A stretch of 64,000 nt of DNA from Gemmatimonadota bacterium. GTDB taxonomy: Bacteria > Gemmatimonadota > Gemmatimonadetes > Gemmatimonadales > Gemmatimonadaceae. The DNA lies in contig JANMLN010000032.1 in the NCBI GenBank assembly GCA_031372565.1, forward strand, positions 1 to 64,000, in the 5' to 3' direction. The position numbers and the translations under genes were made by a program. The notes beneath the pieces are model-generated. The model made no database searches and was not told the origin of the DNA. It saw nothing but the letters and a program-made list of their open reading frames with translations. Positions 9,067-18,013 of this stretch are shown here, one piece after another. Within the stretch, counting starts at the first letter, position 1, and the number at the start of each line of letters is the position of its first letter.

Positions 9067-10731
9067 TCAGCCGACGGGCCTGCCCGCGGTCGACATGTAC
9101 TGGCGCAGGACATCGCAGGCGCCGGGCGCCGAGCCAACGGACGCATGTTGTGCGCTCTCGGTCGCGGGCGTCGTCCCGAACAGGTAGGTGTCCGACGAGA
9201 AGGCCGCGACGACGCGCAGCGTCTCGCAGCGCCGGAGCAGTCGTGGGCCCAGCACGCGGCCTTCGAAGACCTGCAAGCGTCCGAGCAGGACGTACTCCGC
9301 ATGCTCATCCGACATCATTCGCCAGAAGAGCGAATCCGGGGTCGCCGTGAATCGTTGCAGCGGCACCGTCATGTGCCGCGTGTAGTGAAAGAGCGGCTCC
9401 GACTTGGCCGAGACGATCACCGCTTCGGCAGGAAGGGAATCCTGCACGAATCGCACGGCCTCGAAAAAGCCCCGTTGGGCAGGGCCGATGCACCGGGCGT
9501 CCGGGAGCCCCTGTGAACGATCGCACTGCGACATGGTCGCGATCTTCTGCGCATCAAGACGCAGGTTCTGCCCGATGATCAGCACGGCAACGAGCGCCGC
9601 GAGGACGGAACCGACCACGCCTCGGCGCAAAACGGGGAGCTGTGTCAGTCCCAGCAGCATGATCGGCACGAGCAATGCGAGCAGCGGCACGAGAAAGCGA
9701 TCCGTGCAGAAGAGCCAGAGCGCGAGGAGCGTGCCCGTGGCGAGCGTGGACAGCACGCCGAGCCGGAACCGTGCGAACCCGGCGATCATGCCGGCCACGA
9801 GGCCCGTCGAGATCAGCCCGATCCACGCCACGTTGTCCACGACGGACCCGCTGATCGTGGGAACGCTGAGCGACCACGGAATGCCGCGCGTCACATAGAA
9901 CGAGACATTCTGGGGCACCCGGCGGAGCACCGAACGCAGCAGGCCGGCACGGCCCGTCGCCGTTTCCTGAATGTCCGCGGCATACGAACTGCCAACGACC
10001 GCGTAGGGATCACGCATCGTCCACAGGACGAGTGGCGCGAGCACCAACACGGCCACCACGGCGACGAGGGCAGCATCGCGATACCGACGCTCGCTGAGCC
10101 AGTAGACGAACAGGGCCGCGGGCAGGACAACACCGGCAGCCCGCATCAGCGGCGCGACGATCGCCGCCAGGAGCACGACGGTCACCTGTCGTGGCCCGCG
10201 CGGCAGTGCCACGCTCCCCCACACGGCGAGGAGGTAGCACAGCCCGAGCGCACCCTCGGAAGCAATCTGGCCGGCCCACTTCACGAGATGCGGATTCACT
10301 GCCAGCATCGCGAGCGACAGCAGCGCCACGGTGGCCGGCATCACGCGGCGCGTCACGTCGAAGGTCAGCACGAGCGTCGTGACCGAGATCAGGATCTGCG
10401 ACACCACGAGCCAGTCGAAGCCATCGCCGCCGATCGCCGTCCATACGGCAAGCAGCGCGGGGTAGCCTGGCGGGTACAAGTGATGCGCGGGCGCGCCTGG
10501 CCACAGGAAGTCCCGGAACTGACCGTGCCGCAACGACTCAGCGAGCACGAGATATCGGGTGTCATCCTGTCTTGTCAGGAGTCCCGGCGCTCTCGCGAAC
10601 CAGGCGATGAGCGCATGCACGACGACGAGCCACGCGGGCAATCCGTACGCAAAGGTCCACGTCAGACCGGGGGCGGTCGTCGGCGGTACCGTGCGTGCGT
10701 CTGCAGGAGTCGGACTGTCTGGCACGCCCAC
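9067..10731 (-). CDS. Polytopic membrane protein, probable GT-C (ArnT/PMT-like) glycosyltransferase
   Basis: First TM followed by DDxxY and YPPGYP; about 10 further hydrophobic segments; RFLVP motif; soluble C-terminal domain. Confidence 0.7.
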   Translation of the reverse strand: MGVPDSPTPADARTVPPTTAPGLTWTFAYGLPAWLVVVHALIAWFARAPGLLTRQDDTRYLVLAESLRHGQFRDFLWPGAPAHHLYPPGYPALLAVWTAIGGDGFDWLVVSQILISVTTLVLTFDVTRRVMPATVALLSLAMLAVNPHLVKWAGQIASEGALGLCYLLAVWGSVALPRGPRQVTVVLLAAIVAPLMRAAGVVLPAALFVYWLSERRYRDAALVAVVAVLVLAPLVLWTMRDPYAVVGSSYAADIQETATGRAGLLRSVLRRVPQNVSFYVTRGIPWSLSVPTISGSVVDNVAWIGLISTGLVAGMIAGFARFRLGVLSTLATGTLLALWLFCTDRFLVPLLALLVPIMLLGLTQLPVLRRGVVGSVLAALVAVLIIGQNLRLDAQKIATMSQCDRSQGLPDARCIGPAQRGFFEAVRFVQDSLPAEAVIVSAKSEPLFHYTRHMTVPLQRFTATPDSLFWRMMSDEHAEYVLLGRLQVFEGRVLGPRLLRRCETLRVVAAFSSDTYLFGTTPATESAQHASVGSAPGACDVLRQYMSTAGRPVG

Positions 10732-10743
10732 GCCTGGCGCCGG

Positions 10744-11052
10744 TCAGCTCTTGGGTGCTGACGCGCTGTTGTAGACCCATCCGATCAGTCGTCCGATCGC
10801 ATAGCCGAACACGAACACGTACACGAAGCCGAGGAACGCGCCGAAGACGGTGACGCTGTAGCCCGGCAGGTACACGCTGAGCAGGCCGAGGTGCTGCCCG
10901 ACGTTCTCGCCGCCCTTGATCACGAGCACGATGGTCGCGATGAAGAGCGCCAGCCCGCCGAGGAGCCCCGTGGCGACGCCCCACGCCTTCGAGTTGAGCC
11001 GGAGCATCTCGCGGCGTACGGCTATCTCTTCCTGCGGCGTCAGTTGAGCCAT
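10744..11052 (-). CDS. Small membrane protein, paralog of 11069-11443
   Basis: Two long Gly-rich hydrophobic segments joined by LLSVYLPGYSVT; ends GWVYN. Confidence 0.8.
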   Translation of the reverse strand: MAQLTPQEEIAVRREMLRLNSKAWGVATGLLGGLALFIATIVLVIKGGENVGQHLGLLSVYLPGYSVTVFGAFLGFVYVFVFGYAIGRLIGWVYNSASAPKS

Positions 11053-11068
11053 CGATCGCGTCCCGGTG

Positions 11069-11443
11069 TCAAATGTGGTCGAGCAGGTCGCGCGAGTACG
11101 CGATCTCTGCCTTGGCGCGGATGTAGATGAGCAGCATGCCGACCAGGAAGTTCCGGACGAACGCGAGGAACCATCCCATCACGAAGCCGCCGAAGAACGC
11201 CCACGCCGCACCGACGAAGGCACCCGTCCAGCTGACCCGGTAGCCGCTGAAATACTGCCGGAGCAGCCAGAGCGGTACGTCGTGGTCGCCGCGGATCAGG
11301 ACGACCGCGGTGGCCACGAAGATCAGGAGTGCCGCTGCAGCGCCCACGGCGAGGCCGAAGGCGCTCTTGTGAAGCGGAAGGAACGATCGCGTGAGCGCCG
11401 TCACGGCGGCCTCGCGTCCCAATGTCTGCTCAACGACGTTCAT
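11069..11443 (-). CDS. Small membrane protein, paralog of 10744-11052
   Basis: AFGLAVG...LLRQYFSGYRVSWTGAFVG...AFVRN; ATG 11443 preceded by GAGGGG. Confidence 0.8.
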   Translation of the reverse strand: MNVVEQTLGREAAVTALTRSFLPLHKSAFGLAVGAAAALLIFVATAVVLIRGDHDVPLWLLRQYFSGYRVSWTGAFVGAAWAFFGGFVMGWFLAFVRNFLVGMLLIYIRAKAEIAYSRDLLDHI

Positions 11444-11527
11444 GCGGGACCCCTCGCAAGGACGATACGCTTCCAACCGTCAAGTTACAGGTTGGATCGG
11501 CTGCCGTAAACGGCACGGCGCGAGCAT

Positions 11528-12349
11528 TCACGCGCCGTCCTCGGCTGTGGTCGTGAGCCGCGGAGGGCCCATGACCGCAGCGCGCGCCGAGCGCGCCGCG
11601 CGGCGTGCCCACACCCACGCGCGAAAGCGCGCCTCGCCCCAGCTGGAAAAGTGCGAACGGCGGGTGAAATACCAGGCGTCGAGCCGAGGCAGCGCGAAGG
11701 GGTCGTCCCCGGTGCGCAGGGTCCGGAACTCGGTGGTGACGCCCCAGCGGTGTCGCCGTCGGGCGGCGGCACGCACGGCAGGGCTGCATGCGCCGTAAGG
11801 ATAGGCGATGCCCTCGGGTGCGCGATCGAGGCGCGCATGAAGCGCATCCGCGGCCCCGTCGATCTCGGCGGCTGCGTCGCGTTCGGCGAGGCCGTCCAGT
11901 CGCGGGTGCGTGCGCGTGTGATTCTCCATGGCGATGCCGTTCCGTGCGAGTTCCGCGAGCGCATCCCACTCTAGGAGCGGCAGCACGGGGATCCCCGGCG
12001 ACTGGCCCCGCCACTGGTTATCCGTGCCCACGCGGTCGGTCACCACGAACAGCGACACTGGCCATGCGCGTTCGCGAAGCTGTGGTGCCGCTTCGGTCGC
12101 GAAGTTGGCGAGCCCGTCATCGAAGGTGAGCGCGACCGCCTGCGCGTCATCCGGGAGCGTCATCAGTTCGGACACCGGCACGACGCGTAGCTGCGCGTCG
12201 GCGATCCAGTCGAGCTGCCGACGGAACAGCGGCGCCGCCACCGAGATCGGCGAGCCCGAGTCGTCGAGCGAGTGCCAGGTGAGGATCGCGCGCACGGCCG
12301 TCTGGTCAGGTGCGGGCGAGACGGGCGCGCTGGTCGTCGACGACGTCAC
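11528..12349 (-). CDS. Polysaccharide deacetylase (CE4/NodB family)
   Basis: ILTWHS, LTFDDG, HTRTHP, AYPYG, LPRLD. Start uncertain (GTG 12349). Confidence 0.88.
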   Translation of the reverse strand: MTSSTTSAPVSPAPDQTAVRAILTWHSLDDSGSPISVAAPLFRRQLDWIADAQLRVVPVSELMTLPDDAQAVALTFDDGLANFATEAAPQLRERAWPVSLFVVTDRVGTDNQWRGQSPGIPVLPLLEWDALAELARNGIAMENHTRTHPRLDGLAERDAAAEIDGAADALHARLDRAPEGIAYPYGACSPAVRAAARRRHRWGVTTEFRTLRTGDDPFALPRLDAWYFTRRSHFSSWGEARFRAWVWARRAARSARAAVMGPPRLTTTAEDGA

Positions 12350-13280
12350 GGATGGTCTGCGTGAGCAAGGTGCGCGGACGATACGCGATCGTGCGCTCGA
12401 GCTTCCGCACATCGGGGACGCGGCGCTGCATGTCCTCGAACCCCTCCGCGTATGCCTCGGAGTACGGCACGAGGCGGATCTCCGACTGGCTCCCGGCCGC
12501 TTCGCGCACGAGCTCGGCCAGGCGGTGGATGGTCACTTCCTCGTTGGAGCCGATGTTGAAGACGTCACCGACGGCGGCCGGTGTCGCGAGGAGCCGCAGG
12601 AGCGACTCGACCGCGTCGGCGACGTGCCCGAAGCAGCGCGACTGGTCGCCGCTGCCATACACGGTGATCGGCGCACCCGTGAGCGCCTGCGCGGCGAAGT
12701 TCGGAAGCACCATGCCGTACCGCCCGGTCTGCCGCGGTCCGACGGTATTGAAGAACCGGACGATGATGACGGGCACCCCCTTCTCGCGATGATACGCGAG
12801 TCCGAGCCATTCATCGAGCGCCTTGGAGCAGGCGTAGGCCCAGCGCGAGTTCATCGTCGAGCCGAGGCGCAGGTCGTCCTCCTCGGAGAACGGGATCTTC
12901 TCGCTCTTGCCATACACCTCGGACGTCGAGGCGATCAGCACGAGCTTCTGCTTGCGCGACGCGGCGTCGAGCACCGTCTCGGTCGCGCCGATGTTCGTCT
13001 CGATCGTGTGCACCGGTCGCTCGACGATCAGCTTGACGCCCACGGCGGCCGCGAGATGCACCGTCGCGTCGCACCGGTCCACGCACTCGCGCACGAGCGG
13101 GCCGTCGAGCGCGGAGCCGATGCGGTGCTCGAAGCCCGGGCGGCCGACGAGATGCTCGATGTTCTCCATCGCGCCCGTCGAGAGGTCGTCGAGGATGAGG
13201 ACCTGGTCGCCCCGGTCGATCAGGCGTGTGGCGAGGTGTGACCCGATGAATCCAGCGCCGCCGGTAATGAAGATCTTCAT
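12306..13280 (-). CDS. NAD-dependent nucleotide-sugar epimerase/dehydratase (extended SDR)
   Basis: TGGAGFIG, STSEVYG, YACSK, RFFNTVGPRQ, GDQSRCF. Confidence 0.93.
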   Translation of the reverse strand: MKIFITGGAGFIGSHLATRLIDRGDQVLILDDLSTGAMENIEHLVGRPGFEHRIGSALDGPLVRECVDRCDATVHLAAAVGVKLIVERPVHTIETNIGATETVLDAASRKQKLVLIASTSEVYGKSEKIPFSEEDDLRLGSTMNSRWAYACSKALDEWLGLAYHREKGVPVIIVRFFNTVGPRQTGRYGMVLPNFAAQALTGAPITVYGSGDQSRCFGHVADAVESLLRLLATPAAVGDVFNIGSNEEVTIHRLAELVREAAGSQSEIRLVPYSEAYAEGFEDMQRRVPDVRKLERTIAYRPRTLLTQTIRDVVDDQRARLART

Positions 13281-14539
13281 GCGAGTGCCCCTGTTGGGAT
13301 GAGTCCTGCGACGCGCGCGTCGCCTTTCCGCTCGGCGGCGCCTCGCACGAGCGAGAGATACTCCGGAATGACGACCGACTCCTGCCAGTGCGTCTCGAAG
13401 GCCCGGCGTCCGGCTGCCGCGGCCTGCGCGCGGAAGCCGGCGTCGGTGCGCAGCCGGTCCATCGCTGCGCCGAGCTCGCCGGCCCCCTCGAAGAGGAGTC
13501 CGCCGCCCGATCGTTCCACGATCTCCGGGAACGGCCCCACGCGACGCGCGATCACCGGCGTCGACTGGCGGAACGACTCGATGAGGATGATGCCGAAGGT
13601 CTCGAAGCAGATCGATGGCACGAGCAGTGCAATCGCGTCGCGGTACCAGCGTGCGAGCGCATCCGGCGTGACCCGGCCGAGGAAGCGCACCCGCGGCATC
13701 TCCGCGGCCTGCGCGCGCAACTCCGCGCCGAACTCCCCGTCGCCCGCGATCACCAGATCCGCCGGACCATCACCGGCGAACAGCGGGATCACGTCCTGCA
13801 GCCCCTTGATCCGTTCGAGCCGACCCACGAAGAGGAAGAAGGGCCGCTCCTGCGGTCGGGCGGCGTCGGCGGGTGGTTCGTGCGCCGTGTCGGGAAGGAA
13901 GTAGGGCAGCACCTGCATCTCGCGCGGAAATCCGAACTCCGCGTGCTTGCGGCGCGAGAAATCGCTCATCGCTATGAAGAGGTCGACATGGTGCAGCTCG
14001 CGCTCGAGATACCCGGTCTCCCGCCAGAGCTGCGGCGGCCGCCGGTACGAGAGCTGGCACTTCACGCACTCCCGCCCATCACACCGTTCGCGCCCATAGC
14101 GCCAGAGCACGTGGGTGGGGCAGACGAGCCAGTGCTCGTGCGCCATGTAGATCTTGACGCCATGCCCGTACTTGAGGAGTCCCGGCCCGCCGATGAGCGA
14201 GACGTTGTGGAAGTTGAGCACATCGAAGCGCCCCTCGCGCAGGCGCCGGGCGATCTCGGGTCCGTGCACCACCGGCCGGCCGAGCTGCTGCGTGAGGAGC
14301 AGCGACCCTTTCCCGAGCGCACTTCGCAGGAAGACGATCTCGAGCCCGTCAGGTTCCGGAGCAGCGAGCGGCGGCGGTGTGGGACTCAGCGCGAGGTAGG
14401 CATCGGCGTCGCAGATCACCGTGACGTGATGTCCGGCGCGCACCAGCCCGCGCGCGAGCCGCTGCACACCGATGCCGTCGCCGCCGAAGTTGTACGGCGG
14501 GTAGAAGGTCGTGAGGAAGCAGAAGCGCAGGCCGGTCAT
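13277..14539 (-). CDS. Glycosyltransferase family 4
   Basis: FYPPYNFGG, FVGRLERIKG, ETFGIILIES (Ex7E); Cys-containing insert CPTH...CDGRECVKC. Confidence 0.92.
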   Translation of the reverse strand: MTGLRFCFLTTFYPPYNFGGDGIGVQRLARGLVRAGHHVTVICDADAYLALSPTPPPLAAPEPDGLEIVFLRSALGKGSLLLTQQLGRPVVHGPEIARRLREGRFDVLNFHNVSLIGGPGLLKYGHGVKIYMAHEHWLVCPTHVLWRYGRERCDGRECVKCQLSYRRPPQLWRETGYLERELHHVDLFIAMSDFSRRKHAEFGFPREMQVLPYFLPDTAHEPPADAARPQERPFFLFVGRLERIKGLQDVIPLFAGDGPADLVIAGDGEFGAELRAQAAEMPRVRFLGRVTPDALARWYRDAIALLVPSICFETFGIILIESFRQSTPVIARRVGPFPEIVERSGGGLLFEGAGELGAAMDRLRTDAGFRAQAAAAGRRAFETHWQESVVIPEYLSLVRGAAERKGDARVAGLIPTGALA

Positions 14540-15753
14540 GCGGTCATCGTGCGGCGTGCACGGGTCGGGGCGACGTCCCGCAGTGCTGCGAGCGCGGCCT
14601 GCGCTCCGGCGGCCCAGCTCAAGCGCGAGGCCCGTTGGAGGGCGACCGCACCCATCGACGCACGGAGGGTGTCGTCATCGGTCAGACGGCGGAGCGCCGC
14701 TTCCAGCGCGGCCACGTCGCGCGGCGCGATGAACAGTCCGCCGCCCTCGAGCAGCTCCGGGAGCGGGCTCGCCGTGGTGGCAACGACCGGTGTGCCACAG
14801 GCGGCGGCCTCGACGGCCGGCAGGCCGAAGCCTTCATTCTCGCTCGGCAGTGCCAGCGCGATCGCGCCGCTCAGCAGGTGCCGCAGCTCGGCGTCGGGGA
14901 GAAAGCCGGTCCAGTGCACGAGCGCGCCGGTGCCGGCCTCGATGATCGCGGCGCGGATGCTCTCCTGCGCCCCGTGGAAGACGTCACCCCCGATGGTGCC
15001 GACGAGGACCAGATGAATGGCCGTCGGCGCATCGCCGCCGCCGCGGGCACGGACCAGTCCGGCATGCGCGCGCACGACATCTTCGAGGCGCTTGTGCGGA
15101 TTGAAGCCGCCAACGTAGACGATCCACCGCGCGCCCGTCGGGAGACCGCAGGATGCCGCTACGCGCGCCACCTCGGCGGGATCGGTCGAAGGCGAATACG
15201 CGGCGGCCGGTGCCTCGAGCGCCACGCGGATCCGCTCGCGGGCGACGCCGAGCACTTCCGCGATCTCGCGTGCGGCGAAGTTGGAGACGGTGAGCACCAG
15301 GTCGGCCTGACGCAACGCGAGCCAGACCTTCGCGCGCCAGAAGAGGCGGGCCCGCGCGCTCGGCAGCGTGAGCTCGGGAAAGCGCTCGGCGATCGCATCG
15401 TGCACGGTCACGACGGCGCGGAGTCCCGGTGGCAGCGGAAAGAAGGTGTAGACCGACGGCGAGAAGAAGACGTCGAGCCGGGCATCGTGCACCGACCGGG
15501 TGAGCCGCAGCATGTCGCGGGGCGAGCGTGCCGACTCGGCGCCGGCGGCGGTGGTCGGCGAGACGCGTTGCGGGACCACGACGGCCCGCACGTTCGGCGC
15601 GCGAAGCGTGAACTGCTCGTGCGCGCGATCGTCGAGGAAGCAGATGAACTCGTCGTCGGGTGCTGCCGAGACCATGGCCGCCACGAGCTCACGGGTGAAG
15701 CGGCCATAGCCGCGCCCATTCGCCCAGCAGGTGGCGTCCACGCCGATGCGCAT
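14536..15753 (-). CDS. Glycosyltransferase family 4
   Basis: MRIGVDA...GYGRF, VTVHD, YVGGFNPHK, EGFGLPAVEAAACG. Start at ATG 15753. Confidence 0.92.
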   Translation of the reverse strand: MRIGVDATCWANGRGYGRFTRELVAAMVSAAPDDEFICFLDDRAHEQFTLRAPNVRAVVVPQRVSPTTAAGAESARSPRDMLRLTRSVHDARLDVFFSPSVYTFFPLPPGLRAVVTVHDAIAERFPELTLPSARARLFWRAKVWLALRQADLVLTVSNFAAREIAEVLGVARERIRVALEAPAAAYSPSTDPAEVARVAASCGLPTGARWIVYVGGFNPHKRLEDVVRAHAGLVRARGGGDAPTAIHLVLVGTIGGDVFHGAQESIRAAIIEAGTGALVHWTGFLPDAELRHLLSGAIALALPSENEGFGLPAVEAAACGTPVVATTASPLPELLEGGGLFIAPRDVAALEAALRRLTDDDTLRASMGAVALQRASRLSWAAGAQAALAALRDVAPTRARRTMTA

Positions 15754-15758
15754 CGCGG

Positions 15759-17282
15759 TCAGGCAGCCGAACCGGAGCCGGGGCCGATCGGAGCCTTGGG
15801 TTCGCCGAGGCGCTGCTCCTCGTGGTACTCGAAGTCGGTGTTGACCTCCCAGATGTCGTGTGTCGCGCCCTGCATGTTCCACACGGCCATCATGGCGGTG
15901 AGCATCGAGTGGTCCTGATTGTTGTACTTGTGCATGCCATTGCGTCCCACCGTGTGCAGGTTCGGGATGGCATCGATGCACTCGCGCACCTTCTCGAGAT
16001 GTCCGCGGTACGCCGCATCGTAGATCGGGTAGGCCTTCGTCTGCCGGATCACGGTGCCGTCGACGACGGTCGTGTTCGGCGCGAGTCCGAGTTGATCGAG
16101 CTCGGCCTTCGCCTGCTTGATGAGGTCCGCGTCCGAGCTCTCCCAGATGCCATCGCCCTGGAAGCAGAAGTACTCGAGGCCGAGACAGGTGCGCCCTGCC
16201 TCGGGGACCATCACCGGGCTCCAGTTGTTGAAGTTCTGGATTCGTCCGACGCGCACACCGGGGGTGTGGATGTAGACCCAGTTGTCCGGGAAGAGCTTGT
16301 CGGCGTCGAGGATGAGCGCGACGACAAGGAAATCCCGATAGCGCAGTCCCTCGGCGGCTTCGCGATAGTCGGCAGGCACCGCCGGGGTGAGCGCTCGTAC
16401 GAGCGACCGGACCGGCATGGTGGAGATGACGTGATCGGCGGCGAAGAACGTCTCGCCCCCGGGGCTCGTTGCGCGTACGCCGGTCGCGCGCACCTCGCCG
16501 GTGGCCGGATCCGTTGCGGTCTCGATCGCGGTGGCGTGGTGCTGCATGTGCACCGGATGTCCCATCTCCCGAATCCGGTCGCGTGCGGCTTCCCACATCT
16601 GGCCGGGGCCGAGTCGCGGATAGCGGAACTCGTCAATGAGGCTCTTGATCTTGTTCGAGCGCTTGTTGAGCGAGGTCGCGGTGAGGATCGCGCGCGCGAG
16701 CGAGAGCCCCTGGATGCGTTGGGCTGCCCACTCCGCACGGATCTCGGTGCAGGGGATGCCCCACACCTTCTCGGTGTAGGTCTTGAAGAAGATCTCGTAG
16801 AGTCGGCTGCCGAACCGGTTGGTCACCCACTGCTCGAAGTTTTCCTCGACCGGCGTGGGGTTGATGCGCGCCTGGAGGTAGCTCCACATGATGCGGACGG
16901 CGTTGACCAGTCCGAGCCCACTCAGCGCGTTCATCGCCTTGAGCGGGTAGTCGAAGTACTTCCCGCTGTAGTGGATCCGCGACAACCGGGGTACCGAGAT
17001 GAACTCGTCCGCGAGCAGTTCTTCCCAGAGATCCTGGACCGGCTGGATCTTGGTGAAGAAGCGGTGCCCGCCGATGTCGAAGCGATAGCCCTTGTACTGC
17101 GCCGTGCGCGAGATGCCGCCGACCATGTCGTCGCCCTCGAGCACCGTGACCCGCACCCCCTGCTTGGCCAGCAAGTAGGCGGCGGTGAGACCGGCCGGTC
17201 CGGCGCCGATGACGACGACGTGGTCGCCCGGGGCGAGCTGTGCGACGCGACGTGGCGCGAGGGCGGGGGATGGGGCGGTCAC
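15759..17282 (-). CDS. FAD-dependent oxidoreductase (UDP-galactopyranose-mutase/HemY-like flavoprotein)
   Basis: VIGAGPAG, FDIGGHRF, YTEKVWG, AYPIY, GRNGMHKYNNQDH. Confidence 0.85.
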   Translation of the reverse strand: MTAPSPALAPRRVAQLAPGDHVVVIGAGPAGLTAAYLLAKQGVRVTVLEGDDMVGGISRTAQYKGYRFDIGGHRFFTKIQPVQDLWEELLADEFISVPRLSRIHYSGKYFDYPLKAMNALSGLGLVNAVRIMWSYLQARINPTPVEENFEQWVTNRFGSRLYEIFFKTYTEKVWGIPCTEIRAEWAAQRIQGLSLARAILTATSLNKRSNKIKSLIDEFRYPRLGPGQMWEAARDRIREMGHPVHMQHHATAIETATDPATGEVRATGVRATSPGGETFFAADHVISTMPVRSLVRALTPAVPADYREAAEGLRYRDFLVVALILDADKLFPDNWVYIHTPGVRVGRIQNFNNWSPVMVPEAGRTCLGLEYFCFQGDGIWESSDADLIKQAKAELDQLGLAPNTTVVDGTVIRQTKAYPIYDAAYRGHLEKVRECIDAIPNLHTVGRNGMHKYNNQDHSMLTAMMAVWNMQGATHDIWEVNTDFEYHEEQRLGEPKAPIGPGSGSAA

Positions 17283-18013
17283 GGGGTCACGCGAATCCGG
17301 GCGTCCATGATGTCGCGGATCTCGTCAGGGGTGATGGGCGAGGGCGCACTGGTGCGCGCCGTTGTCGGGAACTTAACGGACCGCCCGGCGCCTGTGCGGT
17401 CGGGTGTCGCGATTCTGTGAAGGAGGTTGCGCCTGATGGGGTCGCCCTCGGCGACCCATCGCCGCCTGAGGGCGGGCGGTCGCGCGTGCTGCTGGCCACG
17501 GAGAGCGTCGAGGCATGCGAGGCGGACCTCGGCGTGGGGGCCGACGGGCAGGGGGTCGTCTTCGCGTTGCGGCTTGGCGACGGTGTCCCCCGGTGACGTT
17601 GGGAACCCCCCGTACTGGAATACGCAAGCTTCACGAGCGCGGGCAGCATCGCGGGCGCGCTGCTGCGGCTCACCGATAGTGCGACGCATCTCCACCACGT
17701 CGTGCAGCACAGAGCCATGGCGCGACGCTCCGCGCACCGCCATTCTATCCGAATGTCCCCGCAGCCAAACCGTGCTCGTCACGCAGACGTCTCACGGGTC
17801 TACTCCCCGTTATACTTTGGGCGCGACTGGCGCATCGCCGTGCCGCATTTCGATCCGACACGCCACGTGCGCGTCGTGACACGCGCTCATCCAGCTCTGC
17901 GCCATGCACTTGTTCGCGTTCGCGCGGCTCCAGACTCACGCGGGGTTCACTGATGTGACTCGCGCATGTCGCACACGCGCATTCTCCGTGCCCCACGTGA
18001 CGCCGAAGGCCTC

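Noticed and set aside
15754..16596. 280-aa N-terminal extension on the second GT4 in the ORF track
   Set aside because: Alternate frame of the flavoprotein gene; the GT4 fold starts at ATG 15753.
17279..17782. 167-aa minus-strand ORF upstream of the glycosylation operon
   Set aside because: No recognisable motif and shadow-like composition; not called as a CDS.
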